From the NCBI GenBank assembly GCA_963792965.1, contig CAWBYW010000030.1, positions 81,452-145,451 of the forward strand: a DNA stretch of 64,000 nt. The letters are read 5' to 3'. The position numbers and the translations under genes were made by a program. Shown here in pieces: positions 25,229 to 35,637 of this stretch; the first letter of the stretch is position 1, and each line of letters begins with the position of its first letter. The notes below the pieces were generated by a model, which saw only the letters and a list, made by a program, of their open reading frames with translations, was not told where the DNA came from and ran no database searches. This stretch comes from an uncultured delta proteobacterium (GTDB taxonomy: Bacteria; Desulfobacterota; Zymogenia; Zymogenales; Zymogenaceae).

Positions 25229-25740
25229 TGAATCCCCCGATATGCCAGTTCCCTGACCCCCAAAAAGACCCAAAGGGATAGATTGGCATAGATGCCCGCC
25301 AGAAGGTCGTCGCTCATCACCCCCAAGCCCCCCTGCACGTTCCTGTCGCACCAGCCGACCGGGAAAGGCTTCACAATGTCAAAGAGCCGAAAGAGGAAAA
25401 ACCCCGCCCCAACGGTCAACAGGCTCAGCGGCACAAACGCCATCGTGACCAGGAAGCCGCAGATCTCGTCGATGACAATCTTCCGTGAGTCGTGTACCTC
25501 GAAAAGCCTGTCGGCTCTGTCGGCCACCCATATCCCCGCCGCAGACAGGATAATCGTCCCGGAGACGTAGACGATCCTCCCGCCGACGCTCAGGAGGAGA
25601 CACACCGGAATGCCGAGAAGCGTCCCGAACGTCCCCGGAATGAGCGGCATATAGCCGAGCCCGAGGCCGGTCGCGGCCGCCTTGATGAGGAACTCACCCA
25701 GGTCCCGTTTGCGCCCGGCAATTATATTAGGTGGCCGCAT
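25225..25740 (-). CDS. pgpA: phosphatidylglycerophosphatase A
   Basis: PGTFGT, IVIDEICG, FRLFDIVKPFP, GGLGVMSDDLLAG. Start uncertain. Confidence 0.92.
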   Translation of the reverse strand: MRPPNIIAGRKRDLGEFLIKAAATGLGLGYMPLIPGTFGTLLGIPVCLLLSVGGRIVYVSGTIILSAAGIWVADRADRLFEVHDSRKIVIDEICGFLVTMAFVPLSLLTVGAGFFLFRLFDIVKPFPVGWCDRNVQGGLGVMSDDLLAGIYANLSLWVFLGVRELAYRGIQ

Positions 25741-27208
25741 CGTTGTCAAGCCGCTCAACCTCGGAAAGGAACGCCTCCACAACCGTGGGGTCAAACTGCG
25801 TTCCGGCGTTCCGCTTGAGCTCTTCCAGCGCCTTGCCGGTCCCGAGCCGCTCCCGATACGAGCGGCTGGAGGTCATCGCATCAAACGCGTCGGCAACCGC
25901 AATGATCCGCGCAAGCAGCGGTATCTTATCGCCCACGATCCCATCGGGATACCCGTTCCCATCGTACCACTCGTGGTGATGGTAGACGATCTCGGCGATA
26001 TCCTCGAACTGCTGGATCGTGGAGAGGATTTCCCTCCCGATGACCGGGTGCATCTTGGTCTCCTCGTACTCGTCGATCTCAAGCTTATCCTTCTTGTTGA
26101 GGAGGAGCTCGGACACCCCGATCTTTCCGATATCGTGCAGCAACCCCGCCTGCGCCAACAGGTCGATGTCCCTCCGGGGAAGCCTCATGGCCCGGGCGAT
26201 GGCCAGCGCATACCGGGTGACCCGCTCCGAATGGCCCGAGGCGTACTTGTCTTTCGCATCGAGCGTGCGCGCGAAACTCTTGACGGTATCGTCGAGGATG
26301 CTCACGATATCGCGATAGAGACGCGCGTTTTCCACGGCCACCGAGACATTGTTGACGAGTATCGAAAGGGCCTTGGCCCGGCCCTCGGTAAAGGAGTAGC
26401 CCTGGGTGAAGGAGACCAGGGCGACGAAGCCCGGCGTCTCGCTCTTGATACGGATGGGGAACAGCAGGATCGACTCGACGTCCCTGCTGCCGTTGGCCAC
26501 CAGTTCCATCTTCTTGATATCTATCTCGGAAAGGAGCGCCCAGTCTTTCCCGGCAAGGTACGAGAGCGCGTTCTCAATGTGGATCAGATCGGCGGCCTTT
26601 TCCTCTGATTTCTTATCCTTTCCGACGGCTTTGCTTATGATGGATATGTTGAGGATCATATCCTTCAGATACATCGTGGCGGCGTCGGCATCACCCTCCT
26701 TGAGAAGCGCGTCAAGCAGCATCGACAGGACGCTCTCCATGTCGAGGTGGGAGCTGATGGCCCTGCTGATGTCATAGAGCGCCATCGCTTCCTTCAGCTC
26801 GAGGTTTTCCTTGATGAGCCGCTGTTTTTCGAGGGCGTGCTCGATGATCCGCAGCAGATCCGCGAACTGGAAGGGCTTCATGATATAGTCGTAGGCGCCC
26901 TTCTTGATCGCCTCTACCGCGGTCTCGACGGTGGCAAACCCGGTCATCATGATCGTGGTAACCCGCGTCCTGAGCAGATTGATCTGGTAGAGGAGCTCCA
27001 TCCCGCCCATCTTCGGCATCTTCATATCGGTGATGACGAGGTCGGGCGATGATTCCTGAATTATTTTGAGAGCGTCGATGCCATTCTCGGCGGTATATAT
27101 GGTGAACCCCTCGTTTCCGAGCACATCGCTCAGAATCTCACGGATGGAGAACTCGTCGTCCACCACCACGATGATGCCCTTCTTCTTTTCCTTCTGCTCC
27201 GGCATCAT
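25727..27208 (-). CDS. response regulator with GAF and HD-GYP (cyclic dinucleotide phosphodiesterase) domains
   Basis: VVDDE...TDMKMP receiver; GAF ending VAVENARLY; GHSERV, LHDIGK, HHEWYDGNGYP. Confidence 0.92.
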   Translation of the reverse strand: MMPEQKEKKKGIIVVVDDEFSIREILSDVLGNEGFTIYTAENGIDALKIIQESSPDLVITDMKMPKMGGMELLYQINLLRTRVTTIMMTGFATVETAVEAIKKGAYDYIMKPFQFADLLRIIEHALEKQRLIKENLELKEAMALYDISRAISSHLDMESVLSMLLDALLKEGDADAATMYLKDMILNISIISKAVGKDKKSEEKAADLIHIENALSYLAGKDWALLSEIDIKKMELVANGSRDVESILLFPIRIKSETPGFVALVSFTQGYSFTEGRAKALSILVNNVSVAVENARLYRDIVSILDDTVKSFARTLDAKDKYASGHSERVTRYALAIARAMRLPRRDIDLLAQAGLLHDIGKIGVSELLLNKKDKLEIDEYEETKMHPVIGREILSTIQQFEDIAEIVYHHHEWYDGNGYPDGIVGDKIPLLARIIAVADAFDAMTSSRSYRERLGTGKALEELKRNAGTQFDPTVVEAFLSEVERLDNDAAT

Positions 27209-27210
27209 GG

Positions 27211-28410
27211 TTACGCTTGGCTCCTCTCCCTCTTTTCCAGCACGCCGTTGACCGCGCCGATAACGAGGCGATAGACCCTGTCGATGGGAAGATGATGGCG
27301 CTGGGCGGCCGCCCTGACGTCCTCATACTCCGGATAGGCCCCGGAGATCATTCCCGTTTCATCGAACGTGACCTTTACCCTAATGTCGCCGAGCTGTGTG
27401 GGGATCGTTTCTATCCGACGGCGTGCCTTGACACGCCGCTCGCGGCCGATCCTCACGCCGATGCTCGTCGTCTCCGACAGAATACAGTCGATAAGCCGCG
27501 GGCTCACAGCTGGCTCCGCCAGCACGGTAAGCGCCGTCCCCGGCCTCTCCTTTTTCATGATCGTGGCCGTGAGGGTAACGTCCAGCGCCCCCAGCTCAAA
27601 CAGACGCCCCATCACGTAGTCATAAAACTGGGGGTTCATGTCGTCGATGTGCGTCGTGATGACGTCGACCTCGTCCTGGGCGGACCAATCTGTCTCTTGT
27701 CCCCGGATAAGCCTCAACAGGTTGGGCCGGTCGACTAATTCCCGGTCTCCCGCGCCAAACCCCGATCCCTCGATGACCATCGGGGGGACCCCCCCGAAGC
27801 CCGACGCCAGCGCCTTGACGATCGCGGCGCCCGTCGGGGTCACCAGCTCCCCATCGATGCCGGCGTCGACTACCGGGAGGCCGGCAAGCAACACCGCGGT
27901 CGCGGGTGCCGGCAACGGCAACACGCCGTGCCGTGACTTCACGAAACCTCGGCCGACCGGCAGCGGTGACGAGACGACCCGAACGGGACCCATCGCCGCC
28001 ATCCCGAGCGAGACCCCAACGATATCGATGATTGAATCGACCGCGCCGACTTCATGGAAATGGACATGGTCCGGGCTTTGGCCATGGACCTTCCCTTCCG
28101 CCTCGGCCAGGAGCGAGAATATCCTGATCGCGGTGTCCCGGGCCGGTCCGGGGGACATCTTCGATTCGAGGAGCTCCCTAATGGCTCCGTAATCGCGCTC
28201 ATGGGCGGCCTTCTCGTCGTCGAGAACCGACACATTCACCGCCTCGATCCCGTTTCGCTTTATCTTTTCGGCCGCTATACGCGCGCCTATTCCGAGGCGT
28301 CCCACCTCGCCCTCAAGGACCGAGATGTCAAAGCCGAGCGCGATGAGCGCGCCCAGGAACATATCCCCGGAGATGCCTGAGAAGGCATCGATATAGAGTA
28401 CCTTTCCCAT
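27211..28410 (-). CDS. larC: nickel pincer cofactor Ni-insertion protein
   Basis: SGISGDMFLGAL, VHFHEVGAVDSIIDI, PAPAT, ELVTPTGAA, MKKERPG, PEYED. Confidence 0.94.
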   Translation of the reverse strand: MGKVLYIDAFSGISGDMFLGALIALGFDISVLEGEVGRLGIGARIAAEKIKRNGIEAVNVSVLDDEKAAHERDYGAIRELLESKMSPGPARDTAIRIFSLLAEAEGKVHGQSPDHVHFHEVGAVDSIIDIVGVSLGMAAMGPVRVVSSPLPVGRGFVKSRHGVLPLPAPATAVLLAGLPVVDAGIDGELVTPTGAAIVKALASGFGGVPPMVIEGSGFGAGDRELVDRPNLLRLIRGQETDWSAQDEVDVITTHIDDMNPQFYDYVMGRLFELGALDVTLTATIMKKERPGTALTVLAEPAVSPRLIDCILSETTSIGVRIGRERRVKARRRIETIPTQLGDIRVKVTFDETGMISGAYPEYEDVRAAAQRHHLPIDRVYRLVIGAVNGVLEKRERSQA

Positions 28411-28437
28411 CGATTCCCTGAAGTCTCGGCCCCCCCG

Positions 28438-29184
28438 TTATCGGTTTATCAGCGAGGCGACGTATCCCGCGCCGAACCCGTTATCGATGTTTACCACGCA
28501 TACTCCCGCCGAGCAGGAATTGAGCATGCCCAGCAGTGCCGAGAGGCCGCCGAATCCGGCTCCGTAACCGACGCTCGTGGGCACCGCCACGACCGGCCGC
28601 TCCACGATGCCGCCGATGACGCTCGGCAGCGCACCTTCCATCCCCGCCGCGACGATCAGCACGTTGGCCTCCCTGAGCTTCTCGATATGGTTCATAAGGC
28701 GATGGATCCCCGCTACTCCCACGTCCCACAGACGCTCGGTCTTATTTCCCATCAGCTCACAGACCAGTGCCGCCTCCTCCGCCACGGGGATATCGGAGGT
28801 GCCCGCGGAGATCACCATGATGACTCCACGCCCCCGGATTTCTATCTCGGCCTCGCGTAGCACGAGGGCCCGCGCGCGCTCATGGAAGGCCATCTCCGGC
28901 ATCTCGGCCCTGACCGCCGCGGCCATCTCATGGTCCACCCTTGTGACGAGGATGTTGTGGCTGGAAGACCTCAGGCCGCGCACGATACTTACGATATCCC
29001 GGGCTTCCTTGCCCTGGCCCATGACGACTTCCGGAAAGCCCTGCCTGAGGGCCCGGTGGGTATCGATCATCGCAAATCCGAGGTCTATGAAGGGGAGGGA
29101 TTTGAGCTTCTCGATCGCCTCTTCAACGGGGATCTGCCCCTCCTTCACCCCCGTGAGGAGCCGCTTTACTTCGTGCTGGTTCAT
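28438..29184 (-). CDS. larB: nickel pincer cofactor carboxylase/hydrolase
   Basis: AGTSDIPVAEEA, DVGVAGIHRL, AGMEGALPSV, PTSVGYG, VVNIDNGFGA. Confidence 0.95.
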   Translation of the reverse strand: MNQHEVKRLLTGVKEGQIPVEEAIEKLKSLPFIDLGFAMIDTHRALRQGFPEVVMGQGKEARDIVSIVRGLRSSSHNILVTRVDHEMAAAVRAEMPEMAFHERARALVLREAEIEIRGRGVIMVISAGTSDIPVAEEAALVCELMGNKTERLWDVGVAGIHRLMNHIEKLREANVLIVAAGMEGALPSVIGGIVERPVVAVPTSVGYGAGFGGLSALLGMLNSCSAGVCVVNIDNGFGAGYVASLINR

Positions 29185-29783
29185 CCGGCTCCTTCCGACA
29201 GGTACTTCATCGACTCGTTGGATAACAGGAAGAAGAAGAGGATTTTGAGTCCGGTATCTCCGACGAGAAATTCACATAGAAACACGAGGGCGAACTCCGG
29301 ACCGCCGTCGCCCGCAGAGAGAACCGTGGGCACAAATTCCCCCACCTCCATATAGGCAAGCCGCGGGACGGACGGTATCAGGGCGACGTTAAAAGAATCC
29401 CCCAGGACGTTGATGTATGCGGACGTGACGATGTTCCCGACCTCGCCGAGTACCGAATTCTTGAAATGCTCGATCTCGTCGTCGCTTATCCACCTCGTGG
29501 CGACCTTCTTGGTGATCTTGTTGGTGTCATTGGACGAAAGCACGAGATATATATCCCCCGAGAGTATCCCGTGGACATCAAATGATATAAGCGTGATCTT
29601 GTCGTGGCCCGTTCCGACAAAATTGACGATTTCGTTGACCTTAATCACGTCTACGGCGCTATTGACCACGCTCACCGTCTCTCCCGTCATCTGGGACAGC
29701 GCCAGCGCCGAGCTGATGAGGGCGTCCTGAGAGCGCTTTTCCAAGAGCTTACTTTTGTCGATAAGAATCGAGTCAATGCCCAT
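29181..29783 (-). CDS. cheC: CheC-family phosphatase (DifG-like)
   Basis: ALSQMTG, SVLGEVGNIVTSAYINVL, PSVP. Confidence 0.8.
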   Translation of the reverse strand: MGIDSILIDKSKLLEKRSQDALISSALALSQMTGETVSVVNSAVDVIKVNEIVNFVGTGHDKITLISFDVHGILSGDIYLVLSSNDTNKITKKVATRWISDDEIEHFKNSVLGEVGNIVTSAYINVLGDSFNVALIPSVPRLAYMEVGEFVPTVLSAGDGGPEFALVFLCEFLVGDTGLKILFFFLLSNESMKYLSEGAG

Positions 29784-32012
29784 CTAAAAGAGGTTCCCTA
29801 TGTCGATGATCAAAACGGGCTTGCCGTCGCCCAGGATGGTAACCCCCGAAAAGCCCTGTACTTTTTCGAGAGGATGGCCCAGTGATTTGATGAATATCTC
29901 CTGGCTTCCGATGATTTCGTCGACCTCAAGGCCGATGTGTTTTCCCCGCACCTCGGAGATCACCAGCGAGATATGTTCCTTCTCGGCCCTGCCGTCGGCA
30001 ATCCCGAGGAGGTCGGCAAGCCCGAAGAGGGGGACCATATCGTCATCGATGAGGACCACTCGCTGGTTCTGGCTCTTCTGCACGGCCCGGGCGGTGACCT
30101 CGGCGGACTTGAGGGTTTTTGAGAGCGGCAACGCGAAGGTCTCGCCTCCCGACCTGATCAGGAGCGCCTGGATGATCGCTACCGTCAGAGGGAGGATCAG
30201 GATGATCTTCGTTCCCACTCCTATCGTTGATTCGAGACGCACCGATCCCCCGAGGGACTCGACCTTCGTCTTGACCACATCCATTCCCACCCCTCGGCCC
30301 GATATGTCGCTCACCTGCTTACTGGTGGAAAGATTCGGCATGAACGTGAGGAGGAGGAGGTCCTTATCGCTGAGGAGGGAGACCTCTTGCTTCTTCATGA
30401 TTCCCCGGGTCACCGCCGCTTCCCGGATCTTTTCCGGATCGATGCCCCGGCCGTCGTCGGAAACATCAAGGATCACCAGGTCCCGCTCACGATAGGCGGT
30501 GAGGGTGATGCTCCCGGCCGGGCTCTTGTTCTGTTTCCGCCGCTCATCGGGGGGCTCAATCCCGTGATCAACGGCGTTGCGCAGTATGTGAACCAGGGGA
30601 TCCGTCAGCTCCTCGAGGATGGCACGGTCAAGCTCGATATCGCCGCCGGTGATAACGAACTGGACCTCTTTGTTCCTCTCCCGCGCGAGGTTCCGTACGA
30701 GCCGTGGCATTCGGGACAGGATGCTTTCCAGCGGCATCATCCTGACGGTAATGACCTTTGTGTGAAGCTCTCGAATCAGGCTCTCCAGCCGGTTTACCGA
30801 TTCATTCAGGGGAGTGATGTCCAGCCCCTTGGTCTGATCCTGGATACGGGATTTTGTGATAATGAGCTCCCCGACGATGTTGATGAAACTCTCCAGGAGG
30901 TCCGTCCCGATCCGCACCGACCGGGGCAGCACCGTGCCCGCCTCGCCTGAGGGGAGCATATCCTCGACGCGCGAGCCCTCTTCCTTGGGCTGTTCTTCCT
31001 TGGCGGGAGTCTTTTCCTCGGGTGGCGGTGATCCCACCTTCGGCGGAGTTTTTTCCTGAGTGGGCGTTGATTGCACCGTTGTCGTTATCTCGAACTCGGG
31101 CTCTTCTTCCTCCTCCCAGTCTATCGGAGGCTTTCCCACTAACGGCTCGTCGTCTATCACGAGCCGCGCACGCCCCAGCACCGAGGGGGTCGAGCGTTTC
31201 TTATCGGAAGCGTCACCGGCCTCTCGCCCCGGCTCGGGCTCGGAGGTCTCCGCGGGCTCTTCCGCCCATTCGCTCTCCGGCGTTTTCTTGCCCTTTACCT
31301 TGGTCTTGACGATCTCGAAGGACTCGATGGAGGGCAGGCCCTTCAGAGCCCTGTTTACGTCGTCCTCACCCACTCCCGTGACGAGGGTCGTCTTGAGCTG
31401 TCTTCCCTCCAACCCTCTCTTGATCTCTTCGAGCCCGGGAACCAGGCCCATCACCTTACCGAGCTCGGAGATCTTTTTTATCGCCAACAATCCCTTGACA
31501 TTCGGCTTGGGCTCATCTTTGGCGACCCTCAACGTGATCAGGAAGGCGGCCTGGTCCGTATCCTCCGCGCGCTCTTCTCCCTTTTCGTCCGCGACCGGCT
31601 GCTTCTCACTTTTCGGCTTTTTTTCCGGGACCACCCCTCCCTGGGCGCGCTCGATCATGCCGAGGACCTCTTTCAGCCCCCCCTCGAGATTTCCCCCCAC
31701 GTCAACCGCGTTCATCTGAACCTCGAGAACGTCTATCGCCCTCAACAGGACATCGACGATGTGGGGGCTGGCCTCGACCTCACCCTTTCTCACGAGGTCC
31801 ATCAGGTCTTCCACCTTGTGCGTCAGCTCCGCGATGGGTGTGTAGCCCATCGACGCCGCCATTCCCTTGATGGAGTGGGCCTCTCGAAAGATCGCGTTTA
31901 TCACGTCCATATTTTCGGGATTCTTCTCTAAATCGAGGGAGAGCCCGCTCAACTTCGACAGGTGTTCACGGGACTCCTCCATGAATATCTTCTTATAGCG
32001 GGACATATCCAT
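29784..32012 (-). CDS. cheA: chemotaxis histidine kinase (DifE-like)
   Basis: FREAHSIKGMA Hpt, HILRNAVDHGIE, DDGRGID, SGRGVGMDVVK, C-terminal CheW domain. Confidence 0.96.
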   Translation of the reverse strand: MDMSRYKKIFMEESREHLSKLSGLSLDLEKNPENMDVINAIFREAHSIKGMAASMGYTPIAELTHKVEDLMDLVRKGEVEASPHIVDVLLRAIDVLEVQMNAVDVGGNLEGGLKEVLGMIERAQGGVVPEKKPKSEKQPVADEKGEERAEDTDQAAFLITLRVAKDEPKPNVKGLLAIKKISELGKVMGLVPGLEEIKRGLEGRQLKTTLVTGVGEDDVNRALKGLPSIESFEIVKTKVKGKKTPESEWAEEPAETSEPEPGREAGDASDKKRSTPSVLGRARLVIDDEPLVGKPPIDWEEEEEPEFEITTTVQSTPTQEKTPPKVGSPPPEEKTPAKEEQPKEEGSRVEDMLPSGEAGTVLPRSVRIGTDLLESFINIVGELIITKSRIQDQTKGLDITPLNESVNRLESLIRELHTKVITVRMMPLESILSRMPRLVRNLARERNKEVQFVITGGDIELDRAILEELTDPLVHILRNAVDHGIEPPDERRKQNKSPAGSITLTAYRERDLVILDVSDDGRGIDPEKIREAAVTRGIMKKQEVSLLSDKDLLLLTFMPNLSTSKQVSDISGRGVGMDVVKTKVESLGGSVRLESTIGVGTKIILILPLTVAIIQALLIRSGGETFALPLSKTLKSAEVTARAVQKSQNQRVVLIDDDMVPLFGLADLLGIADGRAEKEHISLVISEVRGKHIGLEVDEIIGSQEIFIKSLGHPLEKVQGFSGVTILGDGKPVLIIDIGNLF

Positions 32013-32015
32013 GGT

Positions 32016-32600
32016 TCACGTCCTCAAAGAGAATTGAATAATTTCCTCGGCCACCTCATGGGGGGTCAGCACCTTATCGACCAGCCCCTGCATGAGCGCG
32101 CGGCCGGGCATCCCGTATATGGCGCTGGACTCTTCGTCCTCGACAATGGTGGCCCCTCCCATCCGCTTGATGGCGGCAAATCCCTCCACGCCGTCCCTCC
32201 CCATGCCGGAGAGGATCACCCCCATGAGCCTTTCCCGATAGATGGGCGCCGCCGCGATCATGGTGATATCCGCCGAGGGCATCACGCCGGCCTTCGGACC
32301 CGAGTCGTCCAGATCGATCACCACCCCCTCCGTATCGGGGACCAGGACGAGGTGTTTTCCTCCCGGGGCCAGGAAGATCATTCCCTCGCGTATCTTCATC
32401 CCGGCGGCGCCGACGCAGGCAGGCAATTGTGAGCGCCTCTCTATACGTTTGGCAAAAGAATCAATAAAACTTGGGAGCATATGTTGTATTACTATTATTG
32501 CAGATGAAATGCCCTGGGGAATTGTTGAAAGAATATCCAATAAGACCTTGGGACCACCCGTTGAGGCGGCGATGACCACGAGCCTGCTCGCATCAGCCAT
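32016..32600 (-). CDS. cheB: CheB methylesterase, catalytic domain only
   Basis: ASTGGP, QHM, SGMGRDG triad; 194 aa with no receiver domain. Confidence 0.9.
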   Translation of the reverse strand: MADASRLVVIAASTGGPKVLLDILSTIPQGISSAIIVIQHMLPSFIDSFAKRIERRSQLPACVGAAGMKIREGMIFLAPGGKHLVLVPDTEGVVIDLDDSGPKAGVMPSADITMIAAAPIYRERLMGVILSGMGRDGVEGFAAIKRMGGATIVEDEESSAIYGMPGRALMQGLVDKVLTPHEVAEEIIQFSLRT

Positions 32601-32603
32601 AAA

Positions 32604-32972
32604 CTATTTCACCCCGGCCACCCTCTTTACCATTTCGATAACCCGTTCCGGGTCGAAAGGTTTGATGATGTAGTCTTTTGCGCCGGCGTTAATGGCTTCC
32701 AGGACCAGAGACTCCTGGCCGAGGGCGCTGCACATAATGATACGCGCATCTTTATTGATGGCGATGATCTCCCTGACGGCATCTATGCCGCTTTTGAGCG
32801 GCATGACGATATCCATCGTTATGACGTCGGGCTTGAGCATTTTGAATTTTTCTACCGCATCGACCCCGTCTGTGGCCTCCCCCGCCAGCTCAAAACCAGC
32901 CGACGTGAGAATATCCTTCAGCATGGTTCTCATGAAGCTCGCATCATCCACGATCAAGACCTTAAGACTCAT
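32604..32972 (-). CDS. cheY: CheY response regulator (DifD-like)
   Basis: VDDASFMR, TMDIVMP, CSALGQ, KPF. Confidence 0.93.
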   Translation of the reverse strand: MSLKVLIVDDASFMRTMLKDILTSAGFELAGEATDGVDAVEKFKMLKPDVITMDIVMPLKSGIDAVREIIAINKDARIIMCSALGQESLVLEAINAGAKDYIIKPFDPERVIEMVKRVAGVK

Positions 32973-33445
32973 TTCGCCCCCGAACCGACAAAAGACTTGT
33001 TTACAAAATCGATGAGCTTTTCCACATCCATGATATTGATTATCCTGTCACCCATATTGAGTATCGCCGAGACGAAACTCTCCTCTCCGGCACCTATCCT
33101 GACTATTTCCTTATTCAACGATTCATCGTCGGTCGTAATCACGTCGGTAACCAACCCCGTGACAAATCCGACGTTCATATCTTCATAATTGAGGATAATG
33201 ATCTGCTCAAGGGGCTGTTTCTCTTTCTTGAGTCGCAGCATTTGCGCAAGATCGATCACCGTGATGATGCGCCCGGCCAGATTCATGATGCCTGAGATGA
33301 ACGCGGGCGCCCGCGGTACAAAGGTTATCGTCTCGGGAGGGGCGATCCTCTCTACCCGTTTTATATCCATCCCGAATACTTCGTTCGAGAGATTGAAGAC
33401 GATGATCTGCCGCTCCGAGGCGGAGCTTTCGGTACTCTCGCCCAT
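32969..33445 (-). CDS. cheW: CheW adaptor
   Basis: TFVPRAPAFISGIMNLAGRIITVIDL. Confidence 0.92.
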   Translation of the reverse strand: MGESTESSASERQIIVFNLSNEVFGMDIKRVERIAPPETITFVPRAPAFISGIMNLAGRIITVIDLAQMLRLKKEKQPLEQIIILNYEDMNVGFVTGLVTDVITTDDESLNKEIVRIGAGEESFVSAILNMGDRIINIMDVEKLIDFVNKSFVGSGAK

Positions 33446-33454
33446 TGCGATCCC

Positions 33455-34732
33455 TTACGCCTCCGGCTCAAGCTTGAAGTTGTCCACAACCGACTTCAGC
33501 TGCTCCGACGTCATGGAGAGCTCCTGTGCCGACGAGGCCATCTCTTCCATAGAGGCCGTCTGCTCCTCCGTGGCGGCACTCACCTCTTCGGTTGCCGCCG
33601 CGTTATCTTCGGCCAGCCTCGCTATCTCGTCGATGGCCGTGACCATCTCCTCGGCCTCCTTTGCCTGCTCCACGGCCAGCTGCGATATCCGGTTGAGCTC
33701 GTGGAGCGTATCCAGGGCGATCCGGATGATCCCGCCAAGGGACTGCACCACCGACGTGATGACGTCCTTTCCGTCGTTGACGTTCTTAAGGACCTCCCTC
33801 ACCTCTACGTTCGTCTCCTGGCTCCCCTTGCTGATGTCGGTCACGAGACCCGTGATCTCCTCGGCGAATTTTGTTGTTGTTTCTGACAGCTTCCTGATCT
33901 CGTCGGCGACGACCGCAAACCCACGGCCGTACTCGCCCGCGCGGGCCGCTTCGATCGTCGCGTTGAGGGCCAACAGGTTGGTCTGGTGGGCGACGTTCCT
34001 GATGACCTCGACGATCTTTCCGATTTCCTTGGCCTTCTCGGAAAAATCGAGCATGTTCTTGCCGATCGTCTCCATGTTGTTAAAGACCACCAGCATCCGC
34101 TCCATGGCGCTATCCACCATTTTGCCGGCCGAACCGGCTTCTTCCTGGCTCTGGCTGGAGGACGCCGAGAGGTCTTGCGCCGTATCGGCAACCCGCTCGA
34201 TCTTCTTTGCGATGTCTTTGATGATATTGCTGGTCTTGTCGACGAGCTCGGCCTGATGTTCGGCGCCCCTGGATATCTGCTCTATGGTCGAGGCGATCTC
34301 CTCTGTGGAAGCATTGATCTCTTCGGCCGAGGAGGACAGGCCCTGCGCCGATTCGGATACCTGTGCCGCAGTCCTCTTGACGTGGGAAACCAGATCACGG
34401 AGGCTACCCAGCATGCGATTGATGGAGTTGGCCAGGTCCACGGTCTCATCGGGGAAAACCTTCTTGTGCGATATTTCAATATAGTGGCTCAGGTCGCCCT
34501 GGCTGATGATCTCTGTGGTAGCCGTCAAATCCCGGAAATCCTTCGTGAAGTTTCTGGTGAAGACCCACCCGATGATCAGGCCGACCAGGATCGCCGTGAG
34601 GGCCGCCAGGATGTTGGCGATAACTTCGTTGTCGACCACGTGAAGGACTTTCACCAGATACGGGATGATGACGGACGTGAGGATAACCAAAATAAATCCA
34701 AAGATGAATTTGTAGCCGATTTCTATTCTCAT
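33455..34732 (-). CDS. methyl-accepting chemotaxis protein, DifA-like (2 TM, no periplasmic sensor)
   Basis: [33 protein letters not shown]; two adjacent TM helices and a HAMP domain. Confidence 0.95.
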   Translation of the reverse strand: MRIEIGYKFIFGFILVILTSVIIPYLVKVLHVVDNEVIANILAALTAILVGLIIGWVFTRNFTKDFRDLTATTEIISQGDLSHYIEISHKKVFPDETVDLANSINRMLGSLRDLVSHVKRTAAQVSESAQGLSSSAEEINASTEEIASTIEQISRGAEHQAELVDKTSNIIKDIAKKIERVADTAQDLSASSSQSQEEAGSAGKMVDSAMERMLVVFNNMETIGKNMLDFSEKAKEIGKIVEVIRNVAHQTNLLALNATIEAARAGEYGRGFAVVADEIRKLSETTTKFAEEITGLVTDISKGSQETNVEVREVLKNVNDGKDVITSVVQSLGGIIRIALDTLHELNRISQLAVEQAKEAEEMVTAIDEIARLAEDNAAATEEVSAATEEQTASMEEMASSAQELSMTSEQLKSVVDNFKLEPEA

Positions 34733-34785
34733 CTCTATCCTCCCATTTTCGAATATACTACACTAATTGTCCGCAAAAAGGAATA

Positions 34786-35631
34786 CTATTTTGAGACTTT
34801 GCGATAAATACGATCGGCGACGCTCACCGATTCGAACAACTGCTTGGTGCGTCCGACCAGGGACTCCGCCCGGCCCAGCACCAAAAAACCCCCGGGGGTA
34901 AGCTGACGGCAGAAGCTCTCTTCGATCATTTCCTGATAACTCCGCAGGAAATAGATGAGTATATTCCTGGCGAGGATCAGGTCAAACCGGTGGTACATCT
35001 TGTAGGTAAACACGTCCTTCTTTAAGAAGAGCGCCAGGTTTCTGACCGAAGGGGCTATCTGGTAGCCCTTCTTGGTTGCGACGAAATATTTCTTGAGGAT
35101 CTCCTTCGGGAGTCCGGCGACCTTCTCTTCACTGTAGACCCCCTTGAGCGCGCAGAAGAGGGCGCGCTTGTCGATATCCGTCCCGATGACCCTCAGGTCG
35201 TACCTCGCGCCGAGTCGCTGAAAATATTCCAGGAAGAGGATGGCGATGCTGTATGGCTCCTCTCCGGTGGCGCATCCAACGCTCAAGACGTTGATCCTTC
35301 GACTCCCCTCCTCCTCACGCAGCCGGATGATCCGGGGGATCACCAGGTCCCTGATCTTATCAAAGGTCTCTTGATTCCGAAAAAAACGGGTGACATTGAT
35401 CGTCAGCACCGAAACGAGCTTCTTGTATTCGGCGGGATCTTTCTCCGCGATATCAAGGTACGCCTCGGTCGACGCGGCCTGTATGGCCCTCATCCTGACC
35501 TGAAGCCGTCGCCCGACATAGGCATCCTTATAAAGGTCCAGGTCGACGTTGCTGCCTCGTCTGAGCATCGCGCGTAACCTGGCAAACGTTCGGGGGGCCA
35601 GTATATCGTTTTCTTCTTCGCTTCCCGTCAT
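34786..35631 (-). CDS. cheR: chemotaxis methyltransferase
   Basis: TINVTRFFRN, GCATGEEPYS, GTDID, RNILIYF, GGFLVLG. Confidence 0.95.
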   Translation of the reverse strand: MTGSEEENDILAPRTFARLRAMLRRGSNVDLDLYKDAYVGRRLQVRMRAIQAASTEAYLDIAEKDPAEYKKLVSVLTINVTRFFRNQETFDKIRDLVIPRIIRLREEEGSRRINVLSVGCATGEEPYSIAILFLEYFQRLGARYDLRVIGTDIDKRALFCALKGVYSEEKVAGLPKEILKKYFVATKKGYQIAPSVRNLALFLKKDVFTYKMYHRFDLILARNILIYFLRSYQEMIEESFCRQLTPGGFLVLGRAESLVGRTKQLFESVSVADRIYRKVSK

Positions 35632-35637
35632 ATGGCG

